A stretch of DNA of 64,000 nt, taken from the NCBI GenBank assembly GCA_963817815.1, contig CAWFPY010000009.1, positions 172,045 through 236,044 of the forward strand, given 5' to 3'. The notes below the pieces were generated by a model. The model ran no database searches and was not told where the DNA came from. It saw only the letters and a program-made list of their open reading frames with translations. Position 1 is the first letter of the stretch; every line of letters begins with the position of its first letter. Both the position numbers and the translations under genes were made by a program. This document shows positions 57,472-64,000 of the stretch, in pieces. Source of the DNA: an uncultured Alphaproteobacteria bacterium. GTDB lineage: Bacteria > Pseudomonadota > Alphaproteobacteria > Rhizobiales > Xanthobacteraceae.

Positions 57472-58125
57472 AACTCGACGTCGAGTTCGACGACCTCATC
57501 CGGTTCGGCCTTTGCACCCGCGACCCAATCGCTCATCGCAGGCAGTCGCCATGATTGTTGCGCAGTAGGCGGCGCAATCGCTGTCGAGCTTCACGTCGTA
57601 ACTCAGGAAGCGCGTGACAACCGGCGCAAACATCGCGTCCGCCATGCAGGGGGCCGCGCCGAAAAGAAATGGGCCCTTGTCGGTCGCAAGACACTCGCGC
57701 CAGATGCTGATGATGCGTTCGATATCGGCCTGCGCACCCGCCCAGACCTTGAACCCGGGATGATGCGCCTTCAGGTTCATCGGCAGCGCCGAACGCAAAT
57801 TGGAAAAGCCCGAATGCATCTCGCCGGAAATCGAGCGGCAGCGCGCGCGCGCGGCGAGCGTCTTCGGCAGCAAACCGGCCGCCGGCATGATCTCGTTGAG
57901 ATACTCGGCGATCGCGAGCGTGTCCCAGACCTTGATGCCGTTATGCGTAAGGCAGGGCACCAGGAAGGACGGCGACAGTAAAAGCAGCTCGGCGCGCGTT
58001 GAAGGATCGTCGCTCGCAACGGTCTGCTCCGTGAAATCAAGCCCCGCCATCTTGCAGAGCAGCCAGCCGCGGAGCGACCAGGAGCCGTAATTCTTGCTGG
58101 CGATCGTGAGAGTAGCCTTGGCCAT
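57468..58125 (-). pseudogene. Glutathione S-transferase interrupted by a +1 nt frameshift near 57546 (or sequencing error)
   Basis: The frame of ORF 57496-58152 gives MAKATLTIASKNYGSWSLRGWLLCKMAGL...DSDCAAYCATIMA, then nonsense. The other frame continues LPAMSDWVAGAKAEPDEVVELDVEF-stop (57468-57470), a typical C-terminus for this GST type. The junction atggcgactgcct has one extra base. 658-1 nt = 219 codons. Confidence 0.85.
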
Positions 58126-58340
58126 GGGGCGCGAGTGTCCCTTGTTCATCACGGCCCGGCATTCGGCAGCTTAGACGAAAGCATCGCTTTTTCAATACCT
58201 TCCCGTAGTGCAAAATTATGGCGCAGGCGGATTGTCCCCAATTTACAGGCGCCGTCCGGCAGACCACGAATTTTATCTCGCAGTGCAGCATAAAATGCTC
58301 TAGCCTTTCAGTGCGGTTCGCCGGGACCGCCGGGGACTGG

Positions 58341-59558
58341 ATGCTTTATCAGGCCTATCAGGCCCACACCGACATCATGGGGCCGGTGCGTCGCCTGGCC
58401 GACATGGCCGCCCGATCGGTGGGGGCAAGGCTCAATGGCTCGGCGCGCCCGACCGTCTTGAGCAATTTGACCGCCGCCTACGAACTGATTGCCCGCGCCG
58501 GCCTTACACATGTGCGTCCGCCTTACGGGATCGACCGCGTGATGGTCGGCGACCGTGAAGTGGCGGTGACGGAAGAAGCGGCCGATGTGACCCCGTTCGG
58601 CACGCTGCTGCATTTCAGAAAAGACGTCGTGCTGGCGCAACCGCGCGTGCTGCTGATCGCGCCTTTGTCAGGACATTTTGCAACGCTGCTGCGCGCGACG
58701 GTCCGCACGATGCTGCCCGAGCACGATGTGTTCATTACTGACTGGCACAACGCGCGCGACGTTGCGTCCGAGCACGGCCGCTTCGGATTCGACGAATACA
58801 TCGGACACCTGATCCGCTTCGTCGAGACGATCGGGCCGGGTGCTCACATTGTCGCTGTGTGCCAGCCCTGTGTCGCAGCGCTGGTGGCGGCGAGCGTGAT
58901 GGCGCAAAGCGACAATCCGGCGCAACCGCGGTCGATGACCCTGATGGCGGGGCCGATCGACACGCGCGTCAACCCCACCAAGGTCAACGACCTCGCGAAA
59001 TCAAAACCCATCGACTGGTTCGAACGGCACCTGATTGCGCGCGTGCCTTACCGCTATGGCGGCGGTGGCCGCCATGTCTATCCGGGCTTTGTGCAGCTTG
59101 CAGCGTTCATGAGCATGAATATCGAGCGGCACCTGAAGGCCCATCACGAACTTTATGAAAACCTGGCGAAGGGTGAGGCCGAGAAAGCCGCGCAGACAAA
59201 AGCCTTTTACGACGAGTATTTCGCCGTGCTCGATCTCACCGCCGAGTTTTATCTGGAGACCGTGCGGCTGGTGTTCCAGGAGCACGCGCTGCCGCTGGGC
59301 GGCCTGACCTACCAGAATAGAAAGGTTGAGCCGCAAGCGATCAGGCGGACGGCACTGTTCACGGTGGAAGGCGAAAAGGATGACATTTGCGCCGTCGGCC
59401 AGACGCTCGCCGCTCACGACCTTTGTTCGTCATTGCGTCCGTACCGCAAGCGCCACCATATGCAGGCCGGCGTCGGACACTATGGCGTCTTTTCCGGCAG
59501 AACCTGGCAAAACCAGATCTATCCAATGGTGAAGAACGTCATCTTACAGAGCGATTGA
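58341..59558 (+). CDS. phaZ: Intracellular polyhydroxyalkanoate (PHB) depolymerase
   Basis: MLYQAYQAHTDIMGPVRRLA...PRVLLIAPLSGHFATLLRATVRTMLPEHDVFITDWHNARDV...VCQPCV... is typical PhaZ (PHB_depo_C type). ATG 58341. Confidence 0.85.
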   Translation: MLYQAYQAHTDIMGPVRRLADMAARSVGARLNGSARPTVLSNLTAAYELIARAGLTHVRPPYGIDRVMVGDREVAVTEEAADVTPFGTLLHFRKDVVLAQPRVLLIAPLSGHFATLLRATVRTMLPEHDVFITDWHNARDVASEHGRFGFDEYIGHLIRFVETIGPGAHIVAVCQPCVAALVAASVMAQSDNPAQPRSMTLMAGPIDTRVNPTKVNDLAKSKPIDWFERHLIARVPYRYGGGGRHVYPGFVQLAAFMSMNIERHLKAHHELYENLAKGEAEKAAQTKAFYDEYFAVLDLTAEFYLETVRLVFQEHALPLGGLTYQNRKVEPQAIRRTALFTVEGEKDDICAVGQTLAAHDLCSSLRPYRKRHHMQAGVGHYGVFSGRTWQNQIYPMVKNVILQSD

Positions 59559-59580
59559 GTATCCCGCCTGCGGCGCTGTT

Positions 59581-59665
59581 CCGCTCATTCCCGCGAAAGC
59601 GGGAATCCAGCGTCGCTTGCTCGGTGCCTGTTGTTCTGGATCCCCGCTTGCGCGGGGATGAGCGG
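59581..59665. repeat. 85-bp REP-like element, family copy 2 (copy 1 at 45892-45976)
   Basis: ccgctcATTCCCGCgaaaGCGGGAATccag...ctggATCCCCGCttgcGCGGGGATgagcgg. Confidence 0.7.
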
Positions 59666-59717
59666 TTTTTGGCTCGCGGGATGAAGGCCGAACCACCGCC
59701 TCCGGCCGACTGACCCG

Positions 59718-60134
59718 CTACCGCTTGAACGCACCGAGGATGGTGCGGATCCGCTCGCTGTTGATGGTTTCCGACGGTGTCGTGTCGCGTTCCAGCCGCG
59801 CATCACAGTCCACGAAATTCGACGAGACGATTTTGCCGGTGCGATTGTCGAAGCGTCGCTCTTCGCAGCGACCTTTCTTGTCGGTCTCGACCACGATCGC
59901 CGCGGCCCGATGGGCGGCTGCGCTTTGTTCGACGGAGGGTGGCAGCGGTGTGATTTTTGCGACCGATTTGCTGTCGACACGATCGGGAGACAAATAGGAG
60001 CCGGCGGTTACAAAAATCGCCAGAATGAGGATGCCGGCAAAGGCCGCCGTTGCGATCAACGCGCGCAAGCCTTCGCCAGCCGAAACACCGTTTTTGGCGC
60101 GGCGGTTTTTGCTTTTTGCAGCGACGACGGCCAT
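59718..60134 (-). CDS. Hypothetical membrane-anchored protein
   Basis: 138 aa. Basic N-terminus, one TM (LIATAAFAGILILAIFVTAG), and a soluble domain with two Cys (GRCEERRFDNRTGKIVSSNFVDC). Confidence 0.5.
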   Translation of the reverse strand: MAVVAAKSKNRRAKNGVSAGEGLRALIATAAFAGILILAIFVTAGSYLSPDRVDSKSVAKITPLPPSVEQSAAAHRAAAIVVETDKKGRCEERRFDNRTGKIVSSNFVDCDARLERDTTPSETINSERIRTILGAFKR

Positions 60135-60308
60135 GGCGCGGTCCGTAATTAAGGCCTTCAGTTTGCTTGAATATTTACCATCTGCGATTTGAGGAAGCCT
60201 GAAGAAATCATTTCAATTTGAAGGAAATGCCGCAATCGACGCGCCATCTTTTATTCATGCTGGCCAATACCTACATCTCGTGACGTCTCTCAAACCTCCG
60301 AAACCACC

Positions 60309-61322
60309 ATGCTTGATTTTGCTTCATCGACCGATGTCGGGGACATCGGCGAGGCCGCATCGCCATCCGCCTCCGACACCGAAATCCTCGACGCCTATTC
60401 TCACGCCGTAACCACGGTGGCCGACAGCGTCGGACCGGCGGTGGTGCGCGTGGAGGTCGGCAATGGGAATGGCCGCAGCGGCGGCGTTGGGTCTGGCGTG
60501 ATCATCGCGCCGGACGGTCTTGTGCTGACCAATTGTCACGTCGTCGAAGGCGCCAAGCACATCCAGTTGCAGGATGCCGAGGGCCGCGTCATGGAGGCGC
60601 GTAGCCTGGGCGAGGATCCCGACACCGATCTCGCGCTCTTACGCGCAGGTTCGGCGCGCGATCTGCCTTGCGCCGCGCTTGGCGATTCCAAGACGCTTAA
60701 GCGCGGGCAGCTTGTCGTCGCCATCGGCAATCCGCTTGGGTTCGAATCCACCGTGACAGCCGGGGTGATCTCGGCACTCGGCCGCTCATTGCGCTCGCGC
60801 AACGGACGGCTGATCGAGGACGTGATCCAGACCGACGCGGCGCTCAATCCCGGAAATTCCGGCGGGCCGTTGGTCTCGTCGCGCGGTGAGGTGATCGGCA
60901 TCAACACCGCCGTCATCATGGGCGCGCAGGGCATCTGTTTTGCGGTTGCCAGCAACACCGCGCAGTTCGTGCTGAGCGAGTTGATCCAGCACGGCCGTGT
61001 GCGCCGCGGCTATATCGGCGTATCGGCACAGACAACCGCGGTGCCGCGCCGGCATGCGCGCGCGGCGCAGATCGAGAACAGTTCTGGCGCGATGATCACA
61101 GCAGCCGAGCCGAATGGCCCGGCGGCGCTCGCCGGACTGATGAGCCTCGATACGATCGTTCGTGCCGACGGCGAACCGGTGACCGGCGTTGATGACCTGA
61201 TCCGGCTGCTGAACCGGGAGCGGATCGGACGTGACGTGGCAATTGACGTACTGCGCCGCGGCCAGTTGCGCACGTTCACCGTGAAACCGTTTGAGCGTCC
61301 CGCCAAACAATCGGCAGCGTGA
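60309..61322 (+). CDS. S1C (HtrA/DegP-like) trypsin-fold serine protease with one PDZ domain, no obvious signal peptide
   Basis: GSGVIIAPDGLVLTNCHVV (His), DTDLALLR (Asp), TDAALNPGNSGGPLV (Ser). PDZ-like C-terminus. Confidence 0.85.
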   Translation: MLDFASSTDVGDIGEAASPSASDTEILDAYSHAVTTVADSVGPAVVRVEVGNGNGRSGGVGSGVIIAPDGLVLTNCHVVEGAKHIQLQDAEGRVMEARSLGEDPDTDLALLRAGSARDLPCAALGDSKTLKRGQLVVAIGNPLGFESTVTAGVISALGRSLRSRNGRLIEDVIQTDAALNPGNSGGPLVSSRGEVIGINTAVIMGAQGICFAVASNTAQFVLSELIQHGRVRRGYIGVSAQTTAVPRRHARAAQIENSSGAMITAAEPNGPAALAGLMSLDTIVRADGEPVTGVDDLIRLLNRERIGRDVAIDVLRRGQLRTFTVKPFERPAKQSAA

Positions 61323-61352
61323 AGCGCGAGATAGTCCGGGAGCGCGCGTTCG

Positions 61353-61586
61353 CTACTGCGGCTTCGGCGGTGGCGCCGCCATTTTTTTCGCGTTCTTCCT
61401 GGCCGCCGGCTCGTAATTGCCTTGTGCCATGCATTTCTTGATGAAAGTCGAGCGCTTTGCGCCTTCGAGCTGCTGGCTTTCCGCGCCGACTTTGCAGGTT
61501 TCCATTTTTTCCTGCGTGGTGATGGCGAGCGCCGGCGCTGCCGCCAGCACAACGGTGACAAGGGCGATAGCCAAAGTTCGCAGCAT
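61353..61586 (-). CDS. Small secreted PsiF-family protein
   Basis: AAAGGAG before ATG 61586. Signal MLRTLAIALVTVVLAAAPALA. ITTQEKMETCKVGAESQQLEGAKRSTFIKKCMAQ is a PsiF repeat. Starts 23 nt after the rne stop. Confidence 0.65.
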   Translation of the reverse strand: MLRTLAIALVTVVLAAAPALAITTQEKMETCKVGAESQQLEGAKRSTFIKKCMAQGNYEPAARKNAKKMAAPPPKPQ

Positions 61587-61609
61587 TATTGTCGCTCCTT
61601 TTGCGGTGG

Positions 61610-64000
61610 TTAGCTCTTGTCGCCGAGGAGACGTTTGCCCCACCAGCCGCGCTTCGGCGTTGCTGGCTCCTCAGGCCCGGTGCTGGATATCACCGGAGTC
61701 GATGGCGTGGCGGGCGAGGGCGCGACTGGCGCTCGCTCGCTGGCGAAGGGCGCAGGCTCGCGGATCGTCGAGCGCCGGCGCGGCGGCTCCTGCGCGTTTG
61801 CAGCAGCGGCCGGAGGCTCCATTGCTGCCGGTGCCGGGCGTTGTTCGATTGGCGGAGCGTAGGATGCGGCCGGGGCCGTGTCGTAACTCGGCGGACGATC
61901 CAGGTCCTCGACGGCATGTTGCAATTCCGGTTCCGCACCATTTTCGGCGGACCGGAATGGCGCTTCGCCATTGTGTGGACGGTTGCGTCGGCCGCCGCGT
62001 CGGCCGCGGCGACGCCGACGGCGCACGCCGTCGCGATCGCTTTCGCCGGCCGGGCCGCCTTCCGGACGGGGCTGTGGCGGGCTGAAGCCTTCTTCTTCGG
62101 GTGCGCCCGCATCGTGATCTTCGTGGGTGACCGCATGCTCCGGAACAGTGTCATGCGTGAATGCGGGGGCGCCTTCGCGCGGTTCGCTACCGCGGCCTCG
62201 GCCGCCGCGACCGCGCCGCCGCCGGCGCCGAGGACCGCCTTCTCGCTCGCCATCGCGGCGCGGCGCTTCTTCGTCGGCTTGCGCAGGAGCGACAGCCACT
62301 TGCTCGTGCTCTTGCGCCTCGACAATGTCTTCCTCGGCCTCGTCGGCAACGAATTCGTCTTCTTCATCCACTGTCGGCAGCGGAATCGGATGCGCGGCCG
62401 CGATACTTTTTGCGGCCTCGACCGTGTGGACCTGCTCGCCGCGATCGACCACGTAAGATTGCTGGCCGGTCACGGCCGGATCCGCCGAGACCGTGAGGGT
62501 GACGCGGAAGCGCTCTTCCAGCGCGCGCAGATGGGCGCGTTTGTGGTTGAGCACGTAAAGCGCGACTTCGGCGCGGGTGCGCACGATCAGATTGTGGGTT
62601 GCGCCCTTGATCAACATTTCCTCGATGGCGCGCAGCAATTGCAGCGCGACGGACGAGACGGACCGCACGTGCCCGCTGCCGCCGCAGATCGGGCATTTCT
62701 CGGTCGAGCTTTCAAGGACCGAGGTACGGATGCGCTGGCGCGACATTTCGAGCAGACCGAAATGCGAGATGCGGCCGACCTGGATGCGGGCGCGGTCGTG
62801 CCTGAGTGCTTCTTTCATTCGACGCTCAACGGTACGGTTATTGCGGCCTTCGTCCATGTCGATGAAGTCGATAACGATAAGGCCGGCGAGGTCGCGCAGG
62901 CGAAGTTGCCGGGCGATTTCCTCGGCGGCTTCGCAATTGGTCTTGAGCGCGGTGTCCTCGATGTGATGCTCGCGCGTGGCGCGGCCTGAGTTGACGTCGA
63001 TGGCGACCAGCGCTTCCGCCTGGTTGATCACGATGTAACCGCCTGAGCGCAATTGCACCACTGGCGAGAACATGGCGTCGAGCTGGCTTTCGATGCCGTA
63101 GCGGGTGAAGAGCGGCTGCGTGTCCTTGTAGTGTTTCACATGTTTCGCGTGGCTCGGCATCAGCATGCGCATGAACTCGCGCGCTTCCTGATAGCCTTGC
63201 TCGCCGGACACGACGATTTCCTCAATGTCCTTTCCGTAGAGATCGCGGATCGACCGTTTGGTCAACGAGCCTTCTTCGTACACCAGCTTGGGTGCGGTCG
63301 ACTTGAGCGTGAGGTCGCGCACGGTCTCCCACAGCCGCAGCAGATATTCGAAGTCGCGTTTAACTTCGATCTTTGTGCGACTGGCGCCTGCGGTGCGTAG
63401 GATCACGCCCATGCCTTCCGGCACTTCCAGTTCTTGCGCGATCTCTTTGAGGCGCCCGCGATCCTCGGCGCTGGTGATCTTGCGCGAAATGCCGCCGCCG
63501 CGAGGAGTGTTCGGCATCAAAACCGAATAGCGGCCGGCGAGCGAGAGATAGGTCGTCAGCGCAGCACCTTTGGTGCCGCGTTCTTCCTTGACGACCTGGA
63601 CCAGCATCACCTGCCGGCGTTTGATGACTTCCTGGATTTTGTACTGGCGGCGGAAGCGCGGCGTGCGCTCCTGCGCTTCTTCGAGGGCATCGGCGCCACC
63701 GACGGATTCGACAGCTTCGTCGTCGTGGTGCTCATCGCCGTTGCCTTCGGCCGTTTCGGGAGCGGCGCCTTCAGCGGGCAGCGCGCCTTCAGCGGCGGCG
63801 AAAGGCTGTTCGCCCTCGGCGATGGTTTCGAGGGGTGCTTCGCTCGCTTCCGATGTGGCGGGCGGCGCGTTGAAATCGTCTGCGGTCTGATGGTCCGCAT
63901 GTTCGTGGGCGTTTTCCTCGGAGGAAAAATCGGCCGGTGCTGCATCGGGCTCCGGCATGTGGGCCGTCGCTTCCGCGAAAGGCTCGGGAGCAGACTCACC
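61610..64000 (-). CDS. rne: Ribonuclease E, 5' end outside window
   Basis: The frame stays open upstream of the first Met (63958) to the window edge. Catalytic-core motifs LVQVVKEERGTKGAALTTYLSLAGRYSVLMPN, ALVAIDVNSG, IVIDFIDM, and Zn-link CPICGGSGHV. C-terminal half has Arg-rich segments (RRRRRGRGGRGRG, RRRRRRGRRGGRRNR). Confidence 0.9.
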   Translation of the reverse strand, partial: GESAPEPFAEATAHMPEPDAAPADFSSEENAHEHADHQTADDFNAPPATSEASEAPLETIAEGEQPFAAAEGALPAEGAAPETAEGNGDEHHDDEAVESVGGADALEEAQERTPRFRRQYKIQEVIKRRQVMLVQVVKEERGTKGAALTTYLSLAGRYSVLMPNTPRGGGISRKITSAEDRGRLKEIAQELEVPEGMGVILRTAGASRTKIEVKRDFEYLLRLWETVRDLTLKSTAPKLVYEEGSLTKRSIRDLYGKDIEEIVVSGEQGYQEAREFMRMLMPSHAKHVKHYKDTQPLFTRYGIESQLDAMFSPVVQLRSGGYIVINQAEALVAIDVNSGRATREHHIEDTALKTNCEAAEEIARQLRLRDLAGLIVIDFIDMDEGRNNRTVERRMKEALRHDRARIQVGRISHFGLLEMSRQRIRTSVLESSTEKCPICGGSGHVRSVSSVALQLLRAIEEMLIKGATHNLIVRTRAEVALYVLNHKRAHLRALEERFRVTLTVSADPAVTGQQSYVVDRGEQVHTVEAAKSIAAAHPIPLPTVDEEDEFVADEAEEDIVEAQEHEQVAVAPAQADEEAPRRDGEREGGPRRRRRRGRGGRGRGSEPREGAPAFTHDTVPEHAVTHEDHDAGAPEEEGFSPPQPRPEGGPAGESDRDGVRRRRRRGRRGGRRNRPHNGEAPFRSAENGAEPELQHAVEDLDRPPSYDTAPAASYAPPIEQRPAPAAMEPPAAAANAQEPPRRRSTIREPAPFASERAPVAPSPATPSTPVISSTGPEEPATPKRGWWGKRLLGDKS

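Noticed and set aside
58270-58300. AGCAT-AAA-ATGCT palindrome and TGC-rich motifs upstream of phaZ, considered as a PhaR operator.
   Set aside because: The arms are short (5 bp), and I cannot recall a precise enough PhaR consensus for this group to support the call.
1-64000. Search for mobile elements, prophage, defence systems, secretion systems and biosynthetic clusters.
   Set aside because: I recognised no integrase, transposase, recombinase, nuclease/helicase defence-type pairs, toxin-antitoxin pairs or multi-enzyme biosynthetic genes in any frame. The gene order is housekeeping synteny.

Overview
GC-rich (about 60-65% by eye) 64-kb chromosomal segment. Gene content and order look like an alphaproteobacterium of the Bradyrhizobium/Rhodopseudomonas/Afipia (Nitrobacteraceae) type: pepA-holC, ndk, purM-purN, pgsA-like/perM/hdaA-ppk-ppx, rnd, aspS, class II ribonucleotide reductase nrdJ, NDUFA12/DUF2155, aat, aroQ-accB-accC, phaZ and the 3' part of rne. 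About 65 protein genes are supported. I found no rRNA, tRNA, CRISPR array, transposase, integrase or phage genes. This reads as core chromosome with one looser stretch (about 26-35.5 kb) packed with small exported, cysteine-rich and DoxX proteins. The most striking observation is that five conserved genes (ndk, purN, ppk, a CSS-EAL phosphodiesterase, a GST) are each split by exactly one extra nucleotide, with both halves otherwise intact. The sequence alone cannot say whether this is a sequencing/assembly artefact or very recent pseudogenisation. A sixth gene (28542-28898) may carry a -1 lesion. Other observations: at least five REP-like palindromic intergenic elements (one family present twice, one inside the accB-accC operon, one extending the aat ORF); a 5-copy AAGGCTCC array between a response regulator and accC; three tandem divergent DoxX paralogs behind purMN; two small unannotated-type ORFs coupled to nrdJ; a NrdR-box-like palindrome and a long leader upstream of nrdJ; a gene-free 700-bp gap with two convergent terminator-bearing structured elements, including an anti-SD-like sRNA candidate; and a secreted peptide with a C-X3-C-X3-C-X8-C-X3-C-X3-C pattern. 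I could not support any multi-gene novel system (defence, secretion, biosynthetic cluster). The candidates for new biology here are small and need experimental or comparative checks. All family assignments come from recognising motifs in the translations. No database search was run.
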